Assembly (NCBI RefSeq): GCF_030144855.1
Contig: NC_082721.1
Coordinates: forward strand, 41,354,001-41,418,000
Direction: 5' to 3'
DNA length: 64,000 nt
Source of the DNA: Hypanus sabinus
Taxonomy: Eukaryota
The notes beneath the pieces are model-generated. The model was not told the origin of the DNA, ran no database searches, and saw nothing but the letters and a program-made list of their open reading frames with translations. Positions 24,960 through 37,680 of this stretch are shown here, piece by piece (within the stretch, counting starts at the first letter, position 1; each line of letters opens with the position of its first letter). The position numbers and the translations under genes were made by a program.

Positions 24960-26415
24960 TACACATACACAGTGCTGGATGAACTCAGCAGGTAAGGCAG
25001 CATCAATGGAAAGGAATAAATAGTCAACTTTTCAGGCCATGACGTTTCATCATGTTTGGAAAGGAAAGGGGAAGAAGCCATATAAAGAAGGTGGGGGGAG
25101 GGGAAGGAGTACAAGCTAGAAGGTGGGGATCAGTGGGGAAGGGGGATGAAGTGAGAAACTGGCAGATAATAGGTAGAAAAGGTAAAGGGCTGAAGAAGAA
25201 GGAATAAGAGAAGAGAGTTGACCATGGGAGAAAGGGAAGGAGGAAGGGAACTCCTTCTTCCCTTTCTCCAATTGCCCACACTTGGGGAGGAGATAAAATA
25301 TGAGGAAAGAGGGGACCAGAGTCAGAATGGGTATGGAAGAGGGAATGGGGAGAGGGAGAAATTACCGGAAGTTGAAGAACTCGATGCTTATGCCATCAGG
25401 TTGGAGGATATCTGGACAGAATTTGAGGTGTTGCTCCTCCAACATGAGAGTGGTCTCATCATGGCAGTAGAGGAGGCCATGGACTAATATAGCAGAATGG
25501 GAATTGGAATTAAAGCAGTTGGCCACTGGGAAATCCTGCCTGTTGCGGACGGAGCCAATGTGCTCAACAAAACAGTACCCAATTTACATTGGGACTCATC
25601 ACTTTAGAGGAGGCCACATCAGCAGCACTGGATACAGTGGACAACTCTCACAGACTTAGAGGTGAAGTGTTGCCTCACCTGGATGGACTATTTGGGACCC
25701 TGAATGGAGGTGAGGGAAGGGGTGTATGGCCAGGTGAGGCACTTCTTCTGCTTGCAGGGATAAATACCTAGAAGGAGATTAACGGGGAGGGACAAATACA
25801 TAAGGGAATCATGGAGACAGCAATCCCGGTGGAAAGCGGAGGGTGGGGGAGGGGAGGAAATAAAAATACGTTTGGTGTTGGGATCTCGTTGAGGATGGTT
25901 ATAAGTTGTGGAGGATGATGTGCTGGATGTGGAGATTCATGGGGTGGTAGGTTAGGACAAAGAGGAACGCTATCCCCATTAAGGAGGCAAGAAGATGGGG
26001 TGAGTGGTGATGTCCGGGAAATGGAGGAGATGCAACTGAGGGCAGCACCAATGGTGGAGGAAAAGAAACAATGTTCTTTGAAGAAGGATGACATCTATTG
26101 TGTTCAGGAAAGAAAAGCCTCATCTTGGGAACAGAGGCGATGGAGGCAAAGGAACTAAGAAAACAGAAAGGCATTTTTGCAGGTGACAGGATGGGAAGTA
26201 TAGTCAAGATAGCTGTTAGAGTCAGCAGGTTCATAAAGGATATTGATAGATAATTTAGCTCCAGAGCTGGAGACAGAGAGATCAAGCAAGGGAATGGATG
26301 TGTCAGAAATAGACCAAGTGAATTTAAGGACGGGTGGAAGTTGGGGGCGAAGTTAATGAAATTGATGAGCTTACCATAGGTGCATGAGGCAGCACCAAAG
26401 TAGTTGTTAATGTAC
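24960..26415 (-). mobile_element. Penelope-like retroelement, 5'-truncated (RT C-terminus, GIY-YIG endonuclease, terminal repeat), pseudogenised
   Basis: YINNYFGAASCT..LINFINFAPNFHP (decayed YIDD motif), MSSFFKEH.F.SSTI.AALS.ISSISRTS.LTP, and QVRQHFT.KSV.VVHCIQC..CGLL (decayed GIY-YIG) at about 25700-25570. Confidence 0.9.
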
Positions 26416-28139
26416 ATAAACCAGACTGATACTCCATTACAAATCTGAAGAAATTCTGCACTTTGAAGTGCCAGTTTTCAGGTGAAAGATAAACCATATT
26501 ATCACGGAGAAGGTCACAATGCGATTTTAGTGACGATCTGTGGAGGTCTTTCTGATATTCAGGCAAATATTTCCTTCTTAGCCAACATCTAATGATGCTA
26601 TATTTGGTGTTATATCCCTTCTATGTCCAAACTAACTGTCGTATCTCCATCTGCAGCATTGGTGAATTTCTGTCTCCTCCTGCTCTTGCTCCATCACCCT
26701 CACTCATGCGTACTTTGGAATGGTGATTCAGCATGAATCCACAGTAAGGTTATTGGCTCTTTCTGTATGAATGGGTCAGAATGAACCACAGGAGAGCTAA
26801 CAAAGCACAACACATTAAAAGAGTCTGTTGCCAAACTACCACATAATGTAGTATGATCAGAAGTTGAATTCACTTACTCAACCCATTGTCTAAACTCAGC
26901 ATTCACATGAAGATGAATGGTCTCTTTTTTCCCCACATTTCTCCATGATCTCAGTCAGTCTCTGAGTTGGTTCTTTCTTTCTTTCAATCAGAGCTGAAAA
27001 ACTACTTCAGAATTGGTTTTACTCAGTCTCAGGGCCAGAAAAGCCCAAGATCTTGCTTCTGTGCTGTAAGACTCTGGATCTGCCTTCAATGGCTGAATTC
27101 TAGTCTCTGAAACACCATCTCTATTCCGTTCTGGGACACTGCTTACAACTGACCTCATTAGCCAAGCTCAGAGTGCATGTTCTAAATTTTCATGTAATTT
27201 ACTGCTAAGCATTGGCTAGTAATGTGGCATTTTGAGACATTCGTACAAAGTTCTTCTTGATAATGCAATTCTTTCAGCAGGCAGTGCCATGACGAATCGC
27301 TTGTGTTGCCACAAATAATTCCTCAAGATAAAGACCACTTAGTCTCTTAACCCTTGAGTAGCCAATGTTATCGGTGACAGGCTCTCAAAACTTTAGTTCT
27401 TCTGAAGCACCATCACAGCCTTAGCACTGCAGCCATTCTAGATGTTTGTGAAAACAGTGTTGAGATGCTTTAGGAAACAAGTTTGCTGTGTGGGATTATC
27501 TTCTGTGTGTTTGATTCTTTGTGTTGATATGTTCAATGTGGCATGTTGCACATTAGAGAAAATCTGCAGGCAGTTAAGTGTAGCAGTTTCTCGGTCAGGC
27601 CATGTCAGACCTATGATCACATTTTACTTAAGATATCTGGAATTTCTGCCAAACAACTCTGTGCTGGATAATTATTCATAATTGGGATCACAAGAGATTA
27701 AACTCCCACAATCTCTCTTTAATTCAAGTGACAGCTTACATTTGGTTTCCTCCACTGCTCTGAGCCAGGAACATGACCACAATCTGCACTCCGATGTTCT
27801 ACTCAGTTTGCTAACTGCTACAGTAGATTGGCTTGGTGTGAAGCCTCTGGAATTGCCATTGTCTGCAAGGGTACTTCAGTGGTTTCTTTTGGGGAACTGA
27901 GTGGGAGTTGGGGGTGGCTTCTGTGATGGGATATGGTGCCATGCTTGAAATCAGACTACCCCACATAAAATATTGGGAATTTATTGTCCATTACAACAAT
28001 GAATGCAGTGTCTGGGGATATCAACACAAACCTCTCTTTGCAAACAGGGAACTTTGCATCCTCGTTAGACACAGGTGAGGTCCCAGAAGACTAGAGAAAC
28101 AGAGAAAACTGTCTGGAGGATAGAGAATAACTGCTGATA

Positions 28140-28235
28140 ACAGCACACACAAAATGCTGGTTGAACACAGCAGGCCAGGCAGCATCTATAGGGAGAAGCG
28201 CTGTCGACGTTTCGGGCCGAGACCCTTCGTCAGGA
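28140..28235 (-). mobile_element. Young Penelope-like terminal fragment inserted in CR1
   Basis: CpG-intact copy ACACAAAATGCTGG...GTCGACGTTTCGGGCCGAGACCCTTCGTCAGGA. Confidence 0.85.
28203..28235 (-). ncRNA. Minimal type-I hammerhead ribozyme motif (PLE-associated), core intact, helix I truncated
   Basis: Minus strand uc-CUGACGA-a-gggucucggccc-GAAA-cg-UC-gac: conserved CUGANGA and GAAA boxes, helix II, and a vestigial palindromic helix III (ACGU). Confidence 0.7.
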
Positions 28236-29179
28236 TAACTACTGATGTTCTTTTGTGTAAGTAAAGCAATAGGGACAAACCAGCAAATTATAAGTTATGA
28301 GCCTTACCTCAATGAGAGAGAAATAATTGGAAAAAATTCTTAGGGATAAAATTTAGTCATATCTGAAAAAAGCATGAACTTACTAGGAGTGTCAGCATGG
28401 CTCTGAACAGGGAGGTCATGCCTTAAGAACCAGTTTGAGATTTTTGAGGAGGTGATGAAGCTGATTGATGAGGGAAGGACAGTCGGGCAATGGATGTTGC
28501 CTACATGGACTTTAGTAAAGCATTCAACCAGGTCCCTCGTTGTAGGCTCACCTAGAAGTTTTAAGACACATGGGATTCTCAGTGGCGGTCTGTGTCAGTG
28601 GTGTTCTGCATGAATCAATGTTGGGACCTCCATTGTTTGTGCTATAGGCAAATGACTTGGATGAAAATGTGCGTGGGCTGATTAGTAAGTTTGTAGCTGG
28701 CATGAGCATTGATATAGCTGTGGATAGTGAGGAAGCTTGACAAATAATACAGTAGAATACAAATCAATTGGAAATATGGGCAAGTAGTGTTTAATCTGGA
28801 CTAGATTAATCTAGTTTAATCTGGTCTTGAACTTTGGGAGATCACATATATGAAGTAAATTTGCAGTATAAAGTATACCCTTATGAGCATGTTTTTACAA
28901 GGGAATCCTGAGGTAGAGGCCTAGAGCTCCCTGAAAGTGGAGCACAAGCAGACAGGATGGAAAAAGATGTCATTTGATAAACTTATCTGGCCATTGAAAG
29001 AGATCATGTTGCAGCTGTGTAAAACCTTATTTAGGCCACAATTGGGGTATTCTGTGCTCTAAATGTAATCTAAATAAGGTTTTGGTCACCACATTACAAA
29101 AAGGATGTGGAGGCATTGGTGAGGATACATAAAAGAATGTTGCATAGATTAGACAGAATGAACTATAAAGAGTACGGCT

Positions 29180-30300
29180 CTTCATTTGGCCTTGAATTAC
29201 CTGGACAACAGCAATATCTATGTCAGACTACTCTTCATTGATAACAGCTGGCTGTTCATCTCTGCCATATCCTCAGTACTGATCAGCAAGCTCCATAACC
29301 TGGGCTTCTGTACCTCCTTATGCAACTGGATCCTTGACTTCCTCATCAGGAGGCAACAGTCTCTGTGGATTGGAAATAATATCTCCTCCTTGCTGATAAT
29401 CAACACTGGAACACCTCAAGGATGCATGCATAATCTACTCTGCTCTCTCTATACCCATAACTGTGTGGCTAGGCACAGTTAAAATGTCATTTATAAATTT
29501 ACTGATGACACAATTATTTGTGGCAGAAGTAGAGATAGTTATACAGGAGTGAGGTAGATCAGCTAGTTGAGGGGTGTTGCAACAACAACCTTGCACTCTA
29601 CGTCAGTAAGACCAAGGAATGTATTATGGACTTCAGGAAGGGGAAGCCGAGGGAACACACCGAGTTGTCATTGAGGAATCAAGAGTGGAAGGGGGTGCGG
29701 TTTCAAGTTCCTGGGTATCAAAATCTCTGAAAATTTATCTTGGGTTCAACATATTGATACAAATACAAAGAAAACATGACAGCGGCTATATTTCATTAGG
29801 ACTTTGGGGAGAATGAGTATGTCTCCAAAGACTAGTAAATTTCTACAGGTGTACCATGGAGAGCATTATGACTTACACCATCTGGTATAAAGGGGCCACT
29901 ACACAGGACCGGAAAAAGCAGCAGAAAGTAGAAAACAAAGCCAGCTCCATCATGGGCACTCAACCCCCCAGCATCAAAGATAGGGAGGCTAGTGGCTGAG
30001 TTTGCAATGTTCTGCATCATTCAGAGCCTCCATCGCTCACAACTTGCCTTTTTCTCATTGATACCATCCAAACAGAGATATAGGAGCCTGAAGAGACACA
30101 TTCAATGTTTTAGGAACAGCTCCTTTCCCCTCTATTATTGGATGTCTGAATGGGAAATATTTTGTTTTTGCTCTCTTTTTGCACAACTTATATAGTTTAT
30201 TTGTATATTTTTCTTATTTTAATTTGTAGGTTTTTTATTATTATATGTTGCATTGTACCGCTGCCACAGAACACAAATTTCACGACATATGCCAGTGCTT
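29180..30300 (+). mobile_element. Rex1/Babar LINE, 5'-truncated
   Basis: ALNYLDNSNIYVRLLFID...LCNWILDFL...NTGTPQGC, KFTDDT and downstream motifs. Confidence 0.9.
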
Positions 30301-30304
30301 TTCA

Positions 30305-31140
30305 ACCATAGGACATCTCTAAGTAGTTTAATGTCATTTCCTGGACACAAGTATAAAGGAAAATGAAACAAATGTTGCTCCAGATGTGATGCAGCACAAA
30401 ACAAGAGAGAAAGGATGCTATAATCATAATAAAACATAATAAATATAAATGAATAAGATAGCTATATACATAGATTGATTGTATGTCCATAAAATGATGC
30501 TAGGCACAGGAGTGTCTGTACATAAGTTACCTGACAGGAAATGATAAAGTCGAGGTATCTGGGGCTTGGAGCTTGAAGGGGTGAGTTACTGGGTGGAGGT
30601 GTTGATCAGCCTTACTGCTTGGGGAAAGTAACTGTTCTAGAGTCTGATAGTTCTTGCACGAATGCATCTCCGTGATGGGAATGGGGAAAACAGTCCATGT
30701 GCAGGGTGGATGGGATCCTTCATGATGTTACTGGCCCTTTCCCGGTAATTTTCTGCACATATATCCTTGATGGCGGGTAGGCTGGTGCCAATGATGCATT
30801 GGGCAGTTTTGACTACCCTTTATAGAGTCTTCCTGTCTGCCGCAGTGCAGCTTTCTTTCCAAGCAGTGAAACAGTTTATTAGGATGCCCTCTACTGTGCA
30901 TCTGTAGAATGACGTGAGTATAGTTGTGCATATGTCCAGCTCTCTTCAGCCTCCTCAGAAAGTAGAGGCATTGGTGAGTTTTCTTGAATGTGCAGGGTGT
31001 GCTCTGGGACCATGAGAGGTTGTGTGAGATGTGCACTCCCAGGAGTTTAAAACTGCTTGCAGTTTCCACCGCTGTGCTGCCGATGTAAAGGGGGGTACGA
31101 AATGTGCAAGTTTTCTGAAGTCGATAACCATCTTCTTTGA
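30305..31140 (-). mobile_element. Rex1/Babar LINE, second subfamily, 5'-truncated
   Basis: ETASSFKLLGVHISHNLSWSQ...KKTHQCLYFLRRLKRA (ORF 30728-31069). Confidence 0.85.
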
Positions 31141-31264
31141 ACTGATTCTGTTGCTGACTTAAGAGGCCTTTAGACAGACACCTGAACAGACAGGGAATAG
31201 AGGGATAGAGACATGCAGACAGATGTGATTATTTTTGATTGGTTTTATGGCTGGCACGGAGGTT

Positions 31265-31680
31265 TTCAAAGTTCAAAGTTTCAAAGTAAATGTGTTGAAG
31301 TATATGTACAACTATATGAGAGGTGGTTGTTGTGGCACCGAACTGCGAGATTTTCAATCTCCCTCCTATATGCTGATTTGTCACCTCCCTTGATTTGGCC
31401 AAAGGCTGGTGTGACATCAGCAAACTTAAATATGACACTGGACCTGTGTTTAGCCTCACAGTGATGAGAATAAAGCAAGTAGAGCAGAGGGTTAACCACA
31501 CAGCCTTGTGATGCACCTGTGCTGATGGAGATCATGGAGGAGATGTTGTTGCCAATCCAAACTGACTGGGGTCTGCAAGTGTGGAAATCAAAGATCCAAT
31601 TACACAAGGAGGTATTGAGACCAAGGACTTGAAGCTTATTGATTAGTTTTGAGAGGAAGATAACATTGAAAGCTGATTCA
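31265..31680 (-). mobile_element. Rex1/Babar LINE RT fragment (internally deleted)
   Basis: CNWIFDFHTCRPQSVWIGNNISS..STGASQGCV..PLLY..IFKFADVT, joined directly to a tail-like sequence. Confidence 0.85.
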
Positions 31681-31969
31681 CTCCAATAGTATTTTGTGCC
31701 AAAGGACTTGTTCTGATGCTGTACTGTTCTACGTTCTGTGTTCTATGGTAATAATCAAGGACTATTCGATCAGGTATTCTCAAGCCACTGCAATGTTGTG
31801 CTAATGAAGATGCATCAGTGTTGTACCCCAAACTATATTCTACCTGCTATTAAATTTTGTGGAGGTATTTGTGATATTTTTGATTCACGTGTGGCAATTT
31901 TACATGGTGTATAATTCCTTATTTTAACCCATGATTGACATAAAAGTCTAAACTCAAAATGGCCACTCA

Positions 31970-32285
31970 ATGACACAATGATCCAGGTTCAATGCCAACC
32001 TCTGGTGTTGTCTATGTAGAGTTTGTACATGTGCCCTGAGACCTTATAGGTTTCTAAATAAGTGCCCCACTCTCTTCCCACATCCTGGCGATGTGTGGGT
32101 TGGTAGATTAATTGATCACTGTTAATTGCCCCTAATGAAAGTGGGGGCAAGAGAATTAGAGAGTGGGAATGAGCATGTGATAGAAGATGGGTTACCGGGG
32201 AAATCATTTGGAGGACAGTGTTGATAGAGCTGCTTTGTGAGCCAGTGTAGACTAGATGGGCTAAATGGCCTTGTATGCCTTGAGA
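31970..32285 (+). mobile_element. V-SINE (HE1-like), diverged
   Basis: B box CAGGTTCAATGCC, V-domain-like body and GATGGGCTAAATGGCCT tail. Confidence 0.65.
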
Positions 32286-33074
32286 AGTACAGTAGGGATC
32301 GAATGACTTGGAATGACTTTCAGCCCCCTGTGATCATGTTGCCTTTCCAGTATAGACAGAACCTTGATCACACTTCATGTTGCTTCTCCCCATTCCTTGG
32401 TGTGCAGGAGTACCTGAGTGTTTTCTGGTGGCCACTTCCTTTTATAATGAATGTGATCTTTCTTGTAACCACATCTTTTCTTTAAGAGCTAACTGGCTTC
32501 AGTTGCCCACCTGCCCTACAACCCTTTAGGAGCTCTCACCAAGCTATTTTGTAGGAAAACTCCCTTCAACATTTTCTTGACCTGGTGGCCATTACTTCTT
32601 TGTTGCAAACAAATGAAAAGTTTCTCCATTAAATAAAAATAGCACAGTATACCAGCAGCGTGATGGAGGCCTTTGTGACTGAAGGCCTTAATCAGCAGTA
32701 ACTTTATCATCAATTGTGTGCCTGTCAGCACTGCTTTCCCCTTATCTTTCCTGACCTATTTCATGCAGTGAGGCAATAGAAGGGAGAGATCTTCATAGCT
32801 CAGAAGTTTTATCTTCATTTCATTTCTCGTCTGAGTCAATCGCTCTTTTGGTTTAATAGTGCTGATGTGCCCATTGTACTGATAGCACATTGGCTAAATC
32901 TGTAGGAACACATCTTAAGTATGGTGTTGAATCTCTGTCACTTTGATTTTAATACAGAGCAGAATTTGTGACTGGCTTTTAATCGTGGCAGAGCGCTACC
33001 CCATGCAAAGGGTAAGACCCCATCCAGAGTTAAAACTTTCTAGTTGGGAAAAATCAGCTCTCTTTTAATTGACC

Positions 33075-33390
33075 GCTCCCACCAAATGTTTGTGAGCTCA
33101 TGTTCCATTCCAGGGACAGGACACAAAATCCCTGCTGACTGTCTTATGCAGGGCTTGAGTGCTGCCTCGTTGATCGTGCCATTTTCAGATGGAAACCTGT
33201 TAGACGATGTAGCTAATGTGATGGCTCTGTCTTGATCAACGAGGGAAGTTGACTCTGAATTCCTGGGTAAATTTTATCTCTCGCTCAGCGACACTACAGA
33301 CACCTGATTGCTATTGATGAAAGTTTGCTCTGTGCAAAATGACCCTACATTTCATACTTACGGCGGTGATCATACTGCTTCCAAAGAGAT
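33075..33390 (+). mobile_element. Old Deu-domain SINE (SacSINE1-like)
   Basis: GAGTGCTGCCTCGTTGATCGTGCCATTTTCAGATG ... CCTGGGTAAATTTTATCTCTC ... TTTGCTCTGTGCAAAATG follows the Deu-SINE consensus order; recognised from memory of the consensus. Confidence 0.55.
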
Positions 33391-34317
33391 ATTTGTTTAT
33401 TATTGCTACAAGTACCAAGTAACAGTGACAAATTCATTTTAATTGCTATCCACACAGATCATTTCATCACATCAGCACCTCAAGGTGGTACAAAGGAAGA
33501 TCAATATAAAATGCAAAATATAGTGTTATTCTAAAGGGGAAGGGCAGCAAGAGCCAAAATGAGGTGGATTGTGAGGACGAGAGTTTATCTTTTATGTACA
33601 AGAATCTTATAAAAGTGGGATGGAAACTGTCCTTCAGACGGAGTCTTGAGCCTTTCTCAGTTTTCTACTTTGTTACTTCATTCCCACAATCCCACTTTAT
33701 AACACTTCTTTATGGTTATCACACTGGTTATCTCCCCTCTTTCTTTCCAGTATAGATTAAGGACCAATCCAAACTTTCCCTCCCGAGGTGCTGCCTGACC
33801 TGCAGAGTTCGTTCAAGAGTTTGTGTGTTCAGCCTGATGCTACATGTTTATAAGCATCTTCATCTTCTGCCTGAGGGCAGGAAGGAGAAGAGAGAATGTC
33901 CAGGGTGGGATGGTTTTTCAATTATGCTGGCTACTTTTCAAAGGCATCAAGAAGTGCAGATGCCATGGAAAGGTCTGTAAATGTATGGGGTGTCTTATGG
34001 TAATGAAAGGTCCATGAGAAATGCAATTCATTTGGCACTTCATTGTCTCAAGTCAATCAAAACAACAGGTTCATTGTCAGGGTTTACCAATCCCACCACT
34101 GGTGGTGGAAATCTATCCAAATGAGAATTCAAGCTGTCCAAATGCTCACTCAAAGGTAACAGCGGCCCTGAGATGAAGGGTGATTAGGCAGCTGGGCACT
34201 TGAGCTTGTAACCTTGGTCCCTCTAATCTGCTCAGCCTCTTTGCACTCTTCCTGTTACAGTACACCACAGGAACAGAACTTTCAGCCCATGATGCTGAAT
34301 TAATTAAACTAGTATTT

Positions 34318-36432
34318 AAAAGTTCAAAGTAAATTTTATTATCAAGGAATAATCAGAAGTTTTCTGATGACTCTGCCATTGTTGGATGCATCAGCAAGGG
34401 AGATGAGGCTGAGTACAGGGCTACGGTGGGAAACTTTGTCACATGGTGCGAGCAGAATCATCTGCAGCTTAATGTGAAAAAGACTAAGGAGCTGGTGGTG
34501 GACCTGAGGAGGGCTAAGGCACCGGTGACCCTTGTTTCCGTCCAAGGGGTCGGTGTGGACATGGTGGAGGATTACAAATACCTGGGGATCCAAATTGACA
34601 ATAAACTGGACTGGTCAAAGAACGCTGAGGCTGTCTACAAGAAGGGTCAGAGCTGTCTCTACTTCATGAGGAGACCAAGGTCCTTTAACATCTGCCGGAT
34701 GATGCTGAGGATGTTCTACGAGTCTGTGGTGGCCAGTGCTATCATGTTTGCTGTTGTGTGCTGGGGCAGCAGGCTGATGGTAGCAGACACCAACAGAATC
34801 AACAAACTCATTCGTAAGGCTAGTGATGTTGTGGGGGTGGAACTGGACTCTCTGATGGTGGTGTCTGAAAAGAGGATGCTGTCCAAGTTGCATGCCATCT
34901 TGGACAATGTCTCCCATCCACTCCATGAAGTACTGGTTGGGCACAGGAGTACGTTCAGCCAGAGACTCATTCCACCGAGATGCAACACTGAGCATCATAG
35001 GAAGTCATTCCTGCCTGTGGCCATCAAACTTTACAACTCCTCCCTCGGAGTGTCAGACACCCTGAGCCAATAGGCTGGTCCTGGACTTATTTCCACTTGC
35101 ATAATTTACCTATTATTATTTATGGTTTCATATTGCTATATTTCTATGTTATTCTTGCTTGGTGCAACTGTAACAAAACCCAATTTCCCTTGGGATCAAT
35201 CAAGTATGTCTGTCTGTCTGTCTGTAATACATATATGTCACCATATATAAACCTGAGATTCATTTTCTTATGGGTATACATAGGAAATCTATAGAATGGT
35301 AATTATAACAGGATCAATGAAAGATCAGCCAGAGTGCAGGTAGAGTGCAGATGCAAAGATAAATAAATAGCAGAAATAACGAGAACATGAGATCCTAAGA
35401 TAAGGAGTCCTTGAAGTGAGATCATTGGTGGTTGGAACATGACAATGTTGGGACAAGTGAAGTTGAGTGTAGTTATCCCCTTTTATTCAAGAGCCTGATG
35501 GTTGAGGGGTAGTAACTGTTCTTAAACCTGGTGGTGTGAGCCCTAAAGCTCTTAAACTTCTTCCTGATGGCAGTAGCAAGAAGAGAGCATGTCCAGGGTG
35601 GTGGGGATCTCTGATGATGGATGCTGCTTTCTTATGACAGTATTTTATGTAGATGTGCTCAATGGTTGGAGGGCTTTACCATAATTTACTAGGCTGAATC
35701 CACTACTTTTTGTTGGATTTTCTGTTGAAAATTGATGTTTCCATACCTGACTGTGAAACAGCCAGTCAATATACTCTTCACTGCACATCTATAGAAGCTT
35801 GTCAAAGTTTCAGGTGTCATGCGGAACCTCTACAAACTCCTAAAGATGTAGAGGCGCTTCCGTGCTCTCTTCACCATTGAACTCGTGCTGGGTCCAGATC
35901 AGGTCCTCTGAAATGGTAAATAAAAGCTTGCTGACCTGCTCCACCACTGATCCTCTGTTGAGGACTGGGTTATGGACCTCTAGCCTCTGTCTCCTGAAGT
36001 CTATAATCGGTCCCCTGATCTTGGTGACATTGAGTGCCAGGTTGTTGTTATGACACCACTCAGCTAGATTTTCAGTCTCCCTCCTTCATGCTGGTTCATC
36101 TGCACCTTTGGTTCAGCCCACAACAGTGATGTCACCAGCGAACGTGGATTGGAGCTGTGCCACACAGTTGAAAGGGTAAAGTGCATAGGGCAGGGGGCGA
36201 AGCACACAGCCTTGTGGTGCATCTGTGCTGGTAAAGATCATGGAGGAGATGTTGTTTCCAATCCAAACTGACTAGGGTCTGCAAGTGAGGAGATCCAGGA
36301 TCCTATTGCACGGGGAAGTATTCAGGCAGGGTCTTGGAGCTTACTGATTAGTTTTGAGGGGCTGATGGTATTGAATGCTGAGCTGTAGTCAATAAAGAAC
36401 ATCCTGATGTATGCATCTTTGCTGTCCAGATG
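34318..36432 (-). mobile_element. Older Rex1/Babar LINE whose 3' tail is split by a younger insertion (34353-35225)
   Basis: Tail AAAGTTCAAAGTAAATTTTATTATC at 34318 resumes at 35226 (ATACATATATGTCACC); decayed RT motifs run up to [21 protein letters not shown] at about 36430. Confidence 0.88.
34354..35073 (+). CDS. Uninterrupted RT/C-terminal frame of a young 5'-truncated Rex1-type LINE (element about 34353-35225); not a host gene
   Basis: The frame opens at QKFSDDSAIVG (catalytic DD) and runs 240 codons to TAG without a stop; (TGTC)n tail at about 35207-35225; possible AATA TSD. Confidence 0.9.
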   Translation, partial: QKFSDDSAIVGCISKGDEAEYRATVGNFVTWCEQNHLQLNVKKTKELVVDLRRAKAPVTLVSVQGVGVDMVEDYKYLGIQIDNKLDWSKNAEAVYKKGQSCLYFMRRPRSFNICRMMLRMFYESVVASAIMFAVVCWGSRLMVADTNRINKLIRKASDVVGVELDSLMVVSEKRMLSKLHAILDNVSHPLHEVLVGHRSTFSQRLIPPRCNTEHHRKSFLPVAIKLYNSSLGVSDTLSQ

Positions 36433-37184
36433 GTGTCTAGAAGCTAATCCCTTTAGGTAATATCCATACCCTCCCTTCCTGCACATTCAAGTGCCCATCT
36501 GAAAGCCACTCAAGCATCTTTGTCATATTTAACTCTTATGGTTCTGATGAAAGGTGTGTAACTACAAATATGAGCTGTTTCTCTTTCCTCATATGCTGGC
36601 TGACGTGCTGGGTGTTCCCAATTTCGTTTTGTTTCAGAGACTCAACTCTCTACTCACCAGCCTTCCTTCATTGTGCCTTAACCTCACAGATATACCACCC
36701 CTTATGCGAGCACTTTCAATTCGGCCATCTGGATATGGAGTAAAGCAGACTCAGTGGATCAAGTAGCACTTGTGGAACAAAAGGAATTGTTGACAACTCG
36801 GGTCCTAATGCGGCAGCGTGCAGATACCGCTCACCCCACTGAGCATGTCCAGCAGTCAGTTGCTCCTTCACAGAAACTGAATTGGCCTTTCCATGACGAG
36901 TTTACACATTTCTCACACACAGCTCAAAGCAGAGTGTACAGTGAATTGGTACTCCAAAATGTAATGAGTAATTTATTTGAAAATCAATGTGCCAATAACT
37001 GATGGGATATATAATAAATTAAACAGCATTTACATTACAATGGGAGTGTGTCACAAAGAGGGTTTAGTTACACTCCATCCTGGTCAGGATATCACTGATG
37101 GCACAATGAGATATCTTAAAAAGGGAAACGTCATTCCACTTGTCCAAAGTGAGGTAAGCCCCTCATCCTTATGTCCCGGTCTCA

Positions 37185-37680
37185 CAGAATGTTTCATATT
37201 GGTGCTATGCAAAAGTTTACAGAACACGGTGGACACAGCCTAGTCCATCACAGTTAGCACCTTCCCCACCATTGAATGCATGCTCCAAGAAAGCAGCAAG
37301 ACCCCCACCAGCCAAACCACGCCCTCATCTTCGAGCAGGAGGTACAGAAGCCTTAGGTCCTATGCCACCGGTTCAGGAATACCTATTCACCTATAGCCAT
37401 CAGGCACTTAAACCAGAATTTCAAGACCCACTCTGTTGAACTACTTATATGCCCATACACTCGCTTTCAAGGATTCTTTACAACTTACAGCTCAATATTA
37501 GTTTTTTATTGCAGTTTGTCTTTTGCACGTTGGTCATTTCTCAGTCTATTTATGTATAGACTTTAGTAATTTCTATTGTATTTCTTTTTTCCTGTAAATG
37601 CTGCAAGGTAATGAATCTCAAGGTAGTTTAGGATAACATATATATACTTTGATAATAATTTTTCTTTGAACTTTGACTTT
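37185..37680 (+). mobile_element. Rex1/Babar LINE 3' fragment
   Basis: KSLQNTVDTA...GRRYRSL-type ORF end; CTTTGAACTTTGACTTT tail. Confidence 0.75.

Larger units (their letters stand above)
28030..29170 (+). mobile_element. CR1 LINE RT fragment, decayed
   Basis: MDVAYMDFSKAFNQVP at about 28490; ISKF and YSV...FWSPHYKKDVEAL segments. Confidence 0.85.

Noticed and set aside
34615-34998. Antisense ORFs over LINE RTs (also 6336-6623, 21976-22386, 60939-61157)
   Set aside because: Shadow frames of retrotransposon coding sequence.
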